The notes under the pieces: generated by a model | What the model saw: only the letters and a program-made list of their open reading frames with translations | What the model was told of the DNA's origin: nothing | The model's database searches: none | In this document: in pieces, positions 13,762-26,800 of the stretch | Layout of the letters: each line of letters begins with the position of its first letter | How positions within the stretch are numbered: position 1 is the stretch's first letter | Translations under genes and position numbers: made by a program | Assembly: GCA_051362555.1 (NCBI GenBank) | Contig: CM120641.1 | Location: 47,126,401 to 47,190,400 of the forward strand | Source: Lingula anatina | Lineage: Eukaryota; Animalia; Brachiopoda | Reading direction: 5' to 3' | DNA: 64,000 nt

Positions 13762-16700
13762 ATGAAATCGTCTATATTAGTTGTTTTGTTTTTGGCTTTA
13801 GTTATATCGTGTGGGCTTTTAGTGAAGATATTTATCACTGATAAAATAAGAAGGCCAGTAATTAACACCTCTGCACTTAGTTCTCGGTCGGCACCACCTT
13901 TTCCTGGTGCCAAGGAGGACAATATATTTTGGTTTGCACAGGTGAGTTACGGACTACGTGTTTGCAGTGGTTGAATATTTTCATGCAACTGTGACATTCA
14001 ATTTAATAATAATTTTTGTAACTTTTAATGAAAAAGTTGCCCGTATAAATTGCTGTGTCTTCAAACATTTAATTAGCTTATTCAATAATTCAGCGTTTTC
14101 CATTGTATGACATACAGTTGTGTAACTGTAAGACTGATAAAGTAATGCACATTGATGGTTAGTCAGATAAGCACAAAAGGTGAATCCATTAATTTTATTA
14201 TACACAGGCTATAGATGAGGTGAAAATTACTTAATTATTTAAGAATTATTCTCATCTCTTTCTCCATGCATTTTTTTTAGTTTAGTGCCTGTATACTCCC
14301 AGTACATCATCATTGATGTTTGATTTAATGTCATTGGAAATTAAGGTTTATGCTGGAAAGCTGTTGTTTTATTGCTTCAGTTCAAGTGCAGGATAATAAG
14401 ATGTAGAGTTCAGTGCTTTATATTATGAAATTGTATATGTGGCCTGCAATATACCCATATACTAGTAACTAGTCATTATAGAACTCTTTGACTAAACAGA
14501 TGATGTTATGCTGTTTGCTTTAAGGATGTATGAGTGTTCTCTAAGTTAATATTTTATTAAATGATTGCAATAGCTTCAGAACACCTGTCAAAGTAAAATA
14601 TGTTATACATGATTTGGTTTGGAAAAGTACTAGGCAATATAGATTTTATAGAAATGTTTGATTGCAAGAAAAAACAAGAGAAAAACAGTTTGGAATATTT
14701 CAAAATACTGTCTAAGAAGCTTGGCATACTGCATATTTATAGTACAATGTCCATAACTCTTTTAAGAAAATAAAAGTGCTTCACTTCTTTAGGTAGTTTT
14801 TCAAGCTTTTTTTTCTTTGTCATCTTATTGGTAACAGACTGAGTGAAACATTTCCAGGTAAATGGTTTATATCTGGACCCTTGTCATACTAAAGCAAAAA
14901 CAAATTCTTCACATTATCTGAAAACACGCTGAAAGATATCATTATTTTATTTTATTTTATTTTATTTATTTAATTTTTTTGTTTGTTTTTTTTTAGGTAT
15001 CAGACCTTCATTTTAGCATATTTTATGATCCAGCCAGAGTAAGCCAGTTAAAAGAATTTTGCAGTACACACATAGATGCTATAAAACCTAAATTAGTATT
15101 AGTTACAGGTTTGTATGTGGTTTTTCTGTTGTACAATGTGGTGTCTAAGGCCGCATTCACATCGAGTTGAGCCATGCTCTACAAAGCCACAACTGGTTTT
15201 CCTTTCATGTACGTCCACCATATTTAGGTCATGGCTTTGTAAAGCCATGGCTTAACTCGATGTGAATGCAGCCTAAAGTAAGCACAGCTGGCAAAAATGA
15301 AATGATTGTGTAGCTCTATCCTTTTGTAATTTCTGTTTTTACAAACTGAATTTTTGTATCCATTTTGTTGTTAGCTACATGTAGTATATCATACAGATCT
15401 AATATCTTTCTGCTGTTAAAAATAATTAACTGCAGTAATTTATTAAAATGTGATGTATGTATTTCATACAATTTCCTCAACAATGTGATGAATATTATAC
15501 TTGGACACACTTCTTATACCCATTCTTCAGGTGACTTGACTGATGCCAAACATAAAGATCTGCAGGGATCAGGCCAATTTCAGGAAGAGTGGACTTTGTA
15601 TAATGATGTGCTGAAAGAAACAGGGGTCTTGAAGAAAACCACTTGGTTAGATATTAGAGGGAATCATGGTAATAAAGTTCCTTAATTCTATATTTCCATG
15701 TGGTAACAATGGGCTGCATCATTTGAAAAAGTTGAGAATATTGAAAAATAATTGTCAAATATATATATTTTTTGAAAATCAAGCCATTGATTGATGCTTA
15801 CAAAGATTAATTTTATTTTCTGTTTCAGATGCATTTGATGTTCCATCCCTGACCAACCAGAAGAATTTTTATAGGTGAAGTGTTAAATTTCACATTGGGC
15901 CTGTTCAGAACCAAGTTGATTCCCAGACTAACTAGGCCATGGATCAAATATGGCGTGACCCACTTGAAAGCTTGTCAAGATTTAATTGCTCTACCCCTGC
16001 TGGGATGTCCTGGGTGGGAGGCTGCGAATCCAATGTCAAGTGCTCGCCATATTTGATTCGTAGGTCAGTAAGTCTGCAGGTCAGCTTGGTTCTGAACAGG
16101 CCCGTTTATTGCTGTAGAACAGTTTCATTAGCTTTGTTATTATAATAGACTTGTGAAGATTCTTTTGTCTATAGCTATTTATATTAGTTTGATCTTACCA
16201 TCCAATATTTCATCTGCTTGCAGTCAGATTTCATCAGGGAATGAGGTTGTGACAGGTATGACAACCTGTCACCCCCTCTGGTGTGCTATTTGGTCAGATC
16301 CCCCCAAAGCTAAAAAGAGCATTCAGAAAAAGGAATGTAGTATTACACCATAAGGCAGGACAGACACTAAGAGGCATCCTAGTATCCCCAAAGGACAAAT
16401 TAGACCCAGGAGAACAGTGTGGAGTTGTATACCAGTGTGAGTGTCAGGTGTGTGGAGAGAAATACATCGGAGAGACAGGACGTTCCTTAACTGAAAGAAT
16501 CGCTGAACATCAAAAATCGATCAAAAAACATGATAAAAAATCTGCCCTCAGCCAACACCAGGAACAGACAGGGCATTGTATAACATCAACAACCATAGAA
16601 GACATAATAATCTTGGAAAGAGAGCCACGAGTTCTTGAAGCAATTAACATCCGCTTACATGGGGCTAAGTTGAATCGGAATGATGGGACTGAGCTACCCA

Positions 16701-19700
16701 ACCCTTACCTACCACTCCTAAGGGAGGGGCAGGCAAGGGGGGGGGATCTGACCAAATAGCACACCAGAGGGGGTGACAGGTTGTCATACCTGTCACAACC
16801 TCATTCCCTGATGAAATCTGACTGCAAGCAGATGAAATATTGGATGGTAAGATCAAACTAATATAAATAGCTATAGACAAAGGAATCTTCACAAGTCCGT
16901 TTATTGCTGTCTTTTACCTGCATAAGATTTTTACAGGCATGAGATTTTTCTACAGATTGTTTCGTATGGCTTTTTGTATTATAAAACTTTTTAATTGTTT
17001 ACAGTTCACATTATTTATTTGAATTTTGTTTGCACTGATACTAAAGTTTACTTTAATTATTAATTTGCAGGACATACTCTGCTCAAGGAAAAAAACATTT
17101 CCATTCATATCAACATGTCGAAGTATTGCCATTTGGGAAGTATATTTTTAACGCAGTTGATGCTTGCCCAAACCCTGGCCCAAGGAGACCATTTAATTTT
17201 TTTGGAATGCTAACACAAGTAAAGTTGAAACAATATATGATTTTTGGTTATCTGCTCACTGATAATTTAAGACAGTTTTTAAATCTTAATTTGTGACTGA
17301 TGTCATTGCCTATTTTATCTCTTTATTCTTGCTTTTTTAAAATTGATTTAATTACTTGAGATTTTTACACATAAGATTAAAAAATAATAAAGCTAGAAGG
17401 TTTATTTGTTATTTATATTGACTCTTGTAGGATAGTTTAGACACATTGGAGGAGTTTGCCCGAGCCAGTGAGAAGAGCAATGCTACCATATGGTTTGGTC
17501 ACTACCCAACTTCATTGATTGGTATGCCTGAACCGGGGCTGCGTCATGTCATGAGGTATGCTACAGCATTGGGCTGCTGAAATGAAAAGATCTATCAACT
17601 TTCAGCCAGTATACTGATGACATTAGAATGACATTAAAAACAAAGGGGAAATGAAAATTACAAATGATTGGTATGTGCATGTAACCTTCAAGTTGGCACC
17701 TCTGAAAATTATTGTATGATTACAATTGTAGTGACAAGAAGTGATCATAAGACTAAGCTTATTATTATTATTATAAGGGAAACCGTGCAGTTTTGACAAA
17801 GAATATTGAAAATTATAGTTTATTTATGAGTTAATTATCTTAACAAAATGTATGTAGCTTAGAATTGGCCAAAAACAAAGTTTGGTATTATGACCGTGGG
17901 ATGGTGTATTGTTTCTTATATGTTTTCAGGCATGGCATAGCCTACTTGTGTGGTCATCTGCACACCCTGGCTGGCCTGGTCCCCAAGATGCATACATTAC
18001 AGAAGGAGGGTTATCTTGAACTGGAACTTGGAGACTGGAAGGATAATAGAATGTAATTACGTATAGGAGCTGATTTGCAGTAACTGTGATTTATATACAA
18101 AAAAAAAAAAATAATAATAATGATAAAATAATAATAATAATAAATAAAAGCAAACACATACAAGTATATAGACTGTCAGATGAAAGTTATAGAGGACAAG
18201 TCACAACCAAACATTGTTAAAATATTAAATTCCAATATGTTTATTTTATTTTATTTTTTTACAGGTATAGAGTAGTTGCCATGGATCATGATCTGATGTC
18301 ATTTACTGATGTTCATTTTGATACCTGGCCTGTTATTCTGATCACAAACCCCAAAGATGCTCTGTACACTCTGCCTGACCGTGAACCAACTGGCCGTATG
18401 CTGAAGTCTACTCATATCAGGTATCATGATGACATGTGTCTGCAGCTAATTTAATATATTGCATTCTAAAGGCATGTAATGATTGTTATATGACCTACAG
18501 ACATACAAAAACTGAAATGAAAAAAAAAAAATCTTTGTGATTTCAAAACTGGATATCTTTGGCATTTAATAGTGAAGACAACACTTCTATTTCACTGTAT
18601 TGAATTTAGTTATTTGACAAATTTTAATTATTGTTTTTATTTTATTATTATTATTTTTTTTTAAATATATATATAAACTTTTGATTTTGATGGTTTTCAG
18701 ACTGCTAGTCTTCTCACCTGGTAAAATTCTCTCAGTTGAGGTCAGCATTGATTCAGTTCAAGTTGGCTTTGCAAAGCAGACCAAGGGTCCACTGTATGTC
18801 CTGGCATGGAACCCCGCAGACTACAGCAAGGGGGTGCACACTATTAAAGTGATTGCTAAGGTTTGTTATAGTACGTCTCTCTTGTGTAATGAATACATTG
18901 GTAGTCTGGCACCCAGCTTTTCCAATGGACATGTTTGAGGGGAATTTTAGGGTTCATATTTTTTTAAAATGTTGTAGATTGGGGTTTGTTTTCTGACTTT
19001 TTATTTTTCAATATTTCTACAATGTCATGCTGAAATGGCAATTGTCAATGCACTCACAGAAGTTAGTGTCAAAAGAAGTAGTGTTACAGCAGGCCTGGTG
19101 AGCTCGCCAATTTGTCGGGTACCGCCCGATCAGTTATGAACTTTATGTAATACCAGCCTATGCCGGTTGATCACGATAGCAGTTCAATACGTCCACGGTT
19201 CGATGTCTAATCATACGCATGTAAACACGCAAAGAGAACGAACTCAAGTCCCATGTAAGTTTTCTGTAACTATAACGAATATTTACTTCAGATATAGAGC
19301 ATGTACTACAATCGTCGTGTCTCAAATGATTTCTAGCAAAAAGCCCCTCTCACAGTAAGCAACCTAGCTTTTATAGAGGTTATACAGTCACCTGGTTAAA
19401 TTACATTAAAGGCCACACCATGACCTGCTGGACAACAGTTAATTAAATTAGGGGTCACTCAACCACCTCCACATCCTCCTAGGAAGTGCCCAGTTCAACT
19501 GGCTTCAAAAACACAAAGGCAATGAAATTCAGAAATAAGATCATACCTGTACGGATATGGAAGTTTTCATAAATGTATTATAAACGTTAAGGGGTCCCTG
19601 ACAAGGGGTGCAGTGTGAGTTCAGCAAGGAGACTGAAGGTGGTGTTTGACGGGTTTAGCAGCAAATAACTCTACATGTAGCTCTTTAATAAAATGGACTT

Positions 19701-22220
19701 CTTTACCCGACTTGCAGTTTCTCTATAGTCACAATAAATAGGTATCCATATGTATCATCACCAAGGCCAGTGTCTCCTGTGGCAGACTCCAAGAAGGAGT
19801 ATTGAATGCAAGGGGCTTGAAACAACAAGGAGACAAAGTGTGCAGTATATATAGCAGTAGTCCTGATTTTATACATAAAACCATATCCTCAGTGTCTTGC
19901 CTGTAGGTGAAATACATGTATGCATTTATTCTTATATTTTTCTATATAGGACAGTCTCAGCAATAGTACAACAATTGAGCAGTCTTTCTCTCTGGACCAC
20001 ACAGTGTTGGACTTTGGACTGATGGCTAGACTTGTCCTCATGTTGGACTTAAACACTGTTGTGAGTATTGGTGTATCTGTTATAATTATTATAAATATTT
20101 CTGTTCCTATCAATATAGTTATTAAGTCATTATGTTGTGTATCATTTATCTTACATTGCAATGTGCCTGGTTATGTGAACATATAATAAATGCACATTTT
20201 GAGAAAGTTGAAGCTGAAAAAAGTCAAATTAAGTACACCTTTAACCCTTGGTAATTTGAGCCAGTACTCTGCATTCTTAAACTACTTATTTTTATACTAA
20301 ATCCTGTTGTATCTCATGTTTTGAGCACTCAGGATTTAATATCCAACACACATATTTAACGTTTAGCTGTACATCTTCATTTCGTATGTAAATGTATAAT
20401 AAACAGAGGTAAAAAAACAACTAAATAATTGATTATGAATTGTTATGTTTTAGGGCCAGACTCTCTACACAGTGGCAATGTTAACAGCACTTTTACCCTT
20501 GCTCTATTTTAGAATCATGAAAGAAAGGAAAACAGGCAAGATTTTTGACATTTTGTTCTACTTCTAATGTCACCACGGAAAAGATGCCAGCTGAATGTTA
20601 AATTAATATATAAGTATTTCATAAAAGTCATACAGTAGTCTAAGATTAAAGTGTTTGTGTTAATCATTTTGTATTAGTGGAAAGTAAACATATTATTTAT
20701 CATTTGAATATTTCAGTCAATTGCCTGCACCTGCGTAGATTTTTCGATGTGGTGAATGAAATCCTCAGAAGGATTTATTATGTGTCTGTATACAATAACA
20801 CTTTTTATCCATTGGTTATATACATAGTTTATATAACAATAGGTGAGTTTAAGTGAGAAATTTAAATAAACTCTTAATTTGCATATTGATTAGAGAGGCT
20901 ATTGATTGTGTTACATTTACATTGTATGTTGGCTTGGCTGTGTATTTGGGTTTTAAACAAACATTTTTAACAGTTTTTATATTTCGATTTAAAATTATTT
21001 TGTGTAGCACATTTTATCTTGAATCATGAAATATTTTGTCTTGAATCATGTTGTGAATTTTGAGAGAAAGAGTGGTATGGTAGTTTTCAGTATATCTAAA
21101 ATGAAATATGACTTTCCTTGTTCTTGTCAGTGGCATTAATTTTTCTTTATCACATTACATTTTAATATATTTCTCAGACATTTTGCCACTTATTTTTCTC
21201 CTTTTCCCTCAGGACCCTGGTTCATAGGACATGTCTTAGATGGCCACGTGGGTCTGTGCTTTTTATTTGGGATCTATGTGAATGGTACACTGATTCCTAG
21301 TAATCTCACATATGTGTATGGATTTTTCCAGGTAAGTAGTAGAATGCAGGCTTGATCTATTTAATGCACATAGATCTACAGTATTGCAGAGATAAATTTA
21401 CCTGTTACCAGCATAACTGTCTGCTATCATGCTTACTACTTCAAAGTTGAGTTGTTTGACTACTGGTTGTCTAAAATGATGAACATGCAGTATTTTGTAC
21501 TCTGATATACACAGAGTGGTTGCTGTACAGGTGTTTCTATTTGTGTACTCACTATATGATAAATATTAAAATGCTTGTTTTTAATATGACACTGGATCAG
21601 TTCAGTTGTTTCTATTTGTGTACTCACTATATAATAAATATTAAAATGCTTGTTTTTAATATGACACTGGATCAGTGCTCTAAATAATCAAGTGGGCTTA
21701 GAAGTTAGGTGTAATAAAATGAAGCAGTATACAAAACAACTGTGTCTAATCGTTGAAAATGCCATTTGAGTGGCTGTTCTATGAAATCCAAAAATTCTTC
21801 AGAGTATAAGTGTGGTTTTATAAATGCAACCCTGATATTATGTTATTGCTTCTATTACTGCTGATATCTAAAACTTTTCTTTTCCAGATCTTAATGTTTG
21901 TCATTCCATTAATACTTTACACTGGGTGGTGTATACAGCACCGGCTCAGAAACTTAAAGAAAGATAAAGCCATGGACAAGCCGACTTGTAAAAACTATAT
22001 CAAGGATCACTGGAGTTTCTTACTCATCGTGTTCTTGCAAGTGTGGTTTGCATATGGAGGGTTTTTTAAAGCTTATGGAACCATGGCATTTTTACTTGGA
22101 CCATTTAGGACCTGGTCGGCTGTTCTGGCTATATACTTGCATAGAAATGCATTGAATGTAGAGAGACAGGAACTCGAGATGAAACCAGAGCCCAGTGAAC
22201 AGCAATGTAAACATGGTTAA
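13762..22220 (+). CDS. TMEM62: Transmembrane protein 62 (calcineurin-like metallophosphoesterase domain, Ig-like segment, C-terminal TM helices)
   Basis: Exons 13762-13941, 14997-15108, 15531-15668, 15829-15874, 17071-17218, 17431-17555, 17930-18052, 18265-18420, 18701-18860, 19950-20060, 20454-20535 (GC donor), 20717-20842, 21213-21331, 21888-22220. Motifs NIFWFAQVSDLH, VTGDLTDAK, WLDIRGNHD, WFGHYP, YLCGHLHTL, LELELGDWKDNR. Confidence 0.93.
15149..15273. mobile_element. Short PIF/Harbinger-type MITE
   Basis: TIRs GGCCGCATTCACATCGAGTTGAGCCATG / CATGGCTTAACTCGATGTGAATGCAGCC with TAA on both flanks (3-bp TSD). Confidence 0.75.
15897..16103. mobile_element. MITE with imperfect long inverted arms
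   Basis: GGGCCTGTTCAGAACCAAG ... CTTGGTTCTGAACAGGCCC termini, with further internal symmetry (ATCAAATATGGCG / CGCCATATTTGAT). No clean TSD. Confidence 0.65.
16116..16897 (+). mobile_element. 5'-truncated Penelope-like retroelement: GIY-YIG endonuclease remnant flanked by inverted pseudo-LTR arms
   Basis: ORF 16283-16759 encodes GVVYQCECQVCGEKYIGETGRSLTERIAEH...SALSQHQEQTGH...VLEAINIR (Penelope/Poseidon-type GIY-YIG). Arms 16148-16305 and 16740-16897 are near-perfect reverse complements. Direct repeat CCGTTTATTGCTGT at 16102-16115 and 16897-16910. Confidence 0.9.
16802..16846 (+). ncRNA. Minimal type I hammerhead ribozyme in the Penelope pLTR (antisense copy at ~16199-16243)
   Basis: CATTCC-CTGATGA-A-ATCTG[ACTGCAAG]CAGAT-GAAA-TATT-GGATG: both catalytic boxes, a 5-bp stem II, a palindromic AATATT stem III region and a short stem I. 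Confidence 0.75.
21533..21676. repeat. Two-copy ~75-bp tandem duplication in a TMEM62 intron
   Basis: GTTTCTATTTGTGTACTCACTATA...GACACTGGATCAGT at 21533 and 21608. Confidence 0.85.
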
Positions 22221-22844
22221 TTCAGTGCAATATCTGGAACTATTTCTTGTATTTTGATGTACTAGTCATGATTACAACACGTGGTACCGTATAATTATTT
22301 ATATCTGGTTTAAAACTTATAATAATAAAATGATAATCTTAAGTCGTTTTCAGGCAGAGAGCTATATATACACCTCAGTCTGACATCTCTGCAGTGATAC
22401 ACATTACAGTGGACAGAGATTCACTCTTGCTCCACTGACATTAATACCCTGTTGAGAAGCCTGCACCTCTTGTTAAACCCTGAAGTCATAACACCCCCAC
22501 CCCCAAAAAATGACTGCAAATGACTAGAAATTACCCTTTTATTCTCTTATAGGCCCCAAAAAGTTATCACTTTTACAACAGTGTTCAAAGGGACAAAATT
22601 AAAAAAAAACATATAAAGCAATTCTCAAACTCTGCCCGTTTTCAAACTGAATACCTCGATATTTTGATTCCAATTATTGCTGTAACAAGAAATGAGGACA
22701 GCTCCCACTGTGGTGCTGTGAACAAATTGAACTCCATACAGTGATTCCAATGTGGACAGAAATCACTGTTCATTTTTAAGTAGATTGATAACTTGAGTAA
22801 AGTAGAAAGATCAAAATAATGCAATAAGTCTAGTCATGACTTAA

Positions 22845-23069
22845 GGTGCTTTCCCAGAGATTTAGATCGATCTAAAGATTAAGTTTTAGATCGACCTAAC
22901 TCCCTGGGAGTTCAGGCTAAATTGCAGTCAGCCGAGCAGACACCATAGTTAATTATCCCCTTACAGCTTTTAGTAGGCGGGACAGACGCTTAAGCCGGCC
23001 AAGCTGACAGTAATCTAGTGAGACTCCCCACAGGGATAGATCGATCTAAAAATCTATGGAAATGGGGTG
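22845..23069. mobile_element. Dispersed ~220-bp MITE family, copy 2
   Basis: Aligns along its length with 4662-4876; TAA on both flanks; sits between the converging TMEM62 and DRAP1 stop codons. Confidence 0.7.
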
Positions 23070-23800
23070 TAAAAAGACCAATGTAAACAAGTCACATGGC
23101 CTACCATGCTCAACATGGGGTCAGTTTTGTAGTGTTTACTGGAATGTGTCAGTGTCCAAGATGGTGTATTGGGAGTGAAATTTATTATTTTGTTAAGCCC
23201 ACTTTGTTGTATCCTTTATACATCTGATTAAAATTTATATTAATTATATATGGGCTTCTGATGAAGAAAAAGGGTCTGCTCTTGAATTCATATATTTGAC
23301 AAACAAAATTAACAAAGTTGATAATACTTTTTGTTGGTAGTAATAAAATATAATGTCATTCATCCTTTTTTTCCACAAATTTATCAAGACTCACTGCTCT
23401 GATATTTAGAATCAATATTGTGGAAGTGTGCAGATGCTTGGTTTGGATTATAAGCCACTAACATATTTCATCCTATGATATTATTATTATTAATTTTTAA
23501 AAAAAGTGTCTGTACATAAAAAATTATTGGTTAAGGCTAGTGTTGTACCTTCTTGAAAATTAACAAATATTTAACTGGTATTCACAAGTCCAGTGTAACT
23601 ACCTAGAAATGTGCTTCTTTTGCACAAACATATAAAACAGCAAATTCAAAGTCCATCACACTCAAACATCGTAACTACTTTTCAAAAGATTTGAACTGTT
23701 CCACCTCACATTCGGATTAGGAAAAAGAAATTTAAAATCTGTATGCAGAATGTGCCTCCAGTTTAAATCAAAAACACCTGAACTGAATTAGGAGTCTCCC

Positions 23801-26800
23801 TTAAGTATCATAATCATCATCCTCTGTATTACCCCTGTCACTAGATGGAGGCACTACAGGGGGTGTAAAAGTTCTTTCTTGGGGCAATATGCCCATAGTC
23901 TGTGGCATTGGTGGCATGATGCCATGAGGTAAATACTGTGGGAGACCCTGTGGTTGAAATGGACTCAGGTATGGACCAGGACGACTGGAAATGTACAAAA
24001 CCAGATGCTTATTTATGGCACTACTTAATTTGAAATATATGAAAATTAGACAGCAATGTTTGCAAATATACAGATGCCAAACAGAAAAACAATTGAAAAT
24101 GAAAAAAGTTCCAATATGCTTTATAAAAATAACCCAATCATATTAGTTTTTAAAAAGAACATGCCTTTATATAAAACCTCAGAAGTCTTAAGTAAAACAA
24201 AAGTGTGGTTTGGCATTTCTTGGACAAATGTCGAAAATACATGTTATAAAATTCAATAACTTTCCTGTAAATCCTGATTCTGCATTTTCACCAAAAAATG
24301 CCATCGGCAAATTTAAAGTAAAACAAATGCGTGGTGAAGGTGGCAGAAATTTTTAAAATATTAACAAAATGATAAGAAAATATTAACTAGCACATAAAAT
24401 CTAATTTTGCTAATCTATAAAAAGAAACTATTTTTTCAAAACAAAACCATTTAGTAATTTTAAAGAAAAACAAAAGATGTGTTTCAGCAGTTATAAGGTG
24501 AACAACAGATGTGTTGGACAGCGAGGCAGCGGACAGACACAGAATATGTATATACAGACACTTACAGTCTGTCTGTTTATGAAAATATTGGAAAATGAAA
24601 TAAAAATCCTTTTAAAATATCTTCAAAAATGTACAGTCATTTCATCCAGAAGTCATTCTCTGCCTCTTATAAGAACTTACTGCTGATAATTGTATCCTTC
24701 CGGAGGGGCTGCAAATACTGGTCTGGGGGCTTCTGGTTGTGCTGCTGGTGGGGGCTGTGCAAATGGTATGCTACCACTAGACTGGGTGGTATCCTCTCCA
24801 GTCTCATCCTCACCTTCATCTGTGTCTGCCTGATATAGAAATATAAGCAAGTTATTGTGAGTGGCTTTTATTTCCTAATGGAAAAAGACCACATTCAGAT
24901 TCACATATTGTGCTGGGTCGGGTCCAACTCTGCGGGGGATTCTCACTTAAGTGCAATCAGTGAAATCAGCTTATTTGTCTGACACGCCTCCTTAAGCAGC
25001 TAGGAGGTAATTAGCTATTGTGTGCTGATTATGCTGACTCCACTGATTGCACTCTAGAAAGAATTTTGCCCAGTGTGAATATGAATGCTCCCTACAAGTT
25101 GGTTTAAGCTACATGTTTGCTTGCTACATGTTATTTATTTACCGCATAAGACTAAGAGGGTTTAAATTAATTAAAATACAGTATGATTTTCATTATTTGG
25201 GGAGAGTAATATGCAATATTTAGAATAATTGTCACATTTAATTTAAAATACAGCAGAGAGTGAGAGCAGTTTATTATAAGGCCTGTGAACCTGTGCCACA
25301 ATATCACAGTTTTAGTCATTAATTTGGCATGCATGCTCAAGATCACAAACAGCTAATTTGTTCATAAGACCTCTGAACAAGCTAGGTAAGTCCTGATCTA
25401 ACTTTGGTGCATATTTTCTACACAATTAAAGAAAAGAAACCTACATCCTCAGTGGATTCATCATCTGAGGTCACTTCCGTCCTTCTTCTTCCTGTAGAAC
25501 TGTTTTCTCCATGTTGGCCACTTCTCGACTTCCTTGGTCTCCTATATAAACAGAATAATTGAGACATTTGTCAACTGTGTAATATAAAATAGATCTGGAG
25601 ATATTTCAGCCATACATTTAACTTTTACCAAGTCAACAACAACTGGTAAAATATGAATTACTTTCACTCATAGTAAGCCCTAAGCTCCACTTCCTCTATC
25701 GCAGTTGTAAAATTTTCCATCTGAGTCACACACTAACTTTAACAAAATTAGTACTAGTAATGAAATGTGAAATAATCAATCTTCAGTTCTCTAGCACTTA
25801 ATCTTTAGGTTAACCTTACCCCGTTTTCCATGGTCTTGTACCAGACACTGGGGCATTGTCCTCAGCATTATTAGCAGTGTGAACACTTCCCTCTCCATCT
25901 CCTTCCTCGCACTGGACATCTGGAATGCTAGCTACTAGGTCACGTAAAAAGTCAAACTTCTTCTCTGATTCTATGGCCTGCTTCCTGCAATTTTTCAACA
26001 GATGGTGAACATAAATTATACCAAGGTTTTACATATCCTTTGGAAGTTTGTGCCTTTTTTTATAGCTGATTAGTAATATTAGAATTTTTCACAATTTTCA
26101 TCCAGTCTCAAGCCAACTGTTGGTTCATTTGAAATCATGTAGTCCTTTATCTGACAAGTATTTCTGTCTCTCTTTTGTATAAAAAATGCCGTTTATGTTC
26201 CACTTATCAAAAATTGCAATACCATTTTCATCAAATTAAAACACTTACATATGAGCAGCTGAAAGAGTTTTGGCATGTTTTGATTGTGTAATATCATTAG
26301 CTCTGGATATCAGGGACTCTATGAATAGTTCAAGAGCTCTTGCTGAGAAAGTTGAGGAAAATACATTTCCTTGCATTTTTGCACTAACAGCACTACACAG
26401 CTGATTGATGTTCAAAACTGCCTTAGCCAATAAACAAACATAACATTTATAGGTCTTCAAATTTTACATTAATTACTGTAAATATGGAACCATTCTTTCA
26501 GCCAATGACTAAATTTATAATTCCATTCTGTGGTATTTGTGTCCTGGACAAAAAAAAATTGAAAAGGCACATTTTTTGATTAAATAAATTTTGCAGTGTT
26601 TAACTTGAAAAATGTGAAAGTTTGCACTACTAAGAGGGAATTTTTTGGCATATATAAAACTAAAAATAAATTTCATTTCCAATGTTAAAATTGAGGTATG
26701 AGGAAGTACATGTTCTTAGGGTAAACACTGAAAATTTAAGTGAGATCTACAAAACACTTTAATTACAATTAACCATTCTTTCAGCCAATGACTAAATTTA

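Noticed and set aside
16153-16892. Twin ORFs MKI(L/P)LSIAIYISLILPSNISS... that look like duplicated secreted peptides
   Set aside because: Antisense translation of the two inverted pLTR arms, starting at non-ATG codons.
19082-19732. Possible solo LTR (TGTTAC...GTCACA with AATAAA near the end) in a TMEM62 intron
   Set aside because: No matching TSD on the flanks and no second copy or coding remnant in the window; probably repeat-derived but unsupported.
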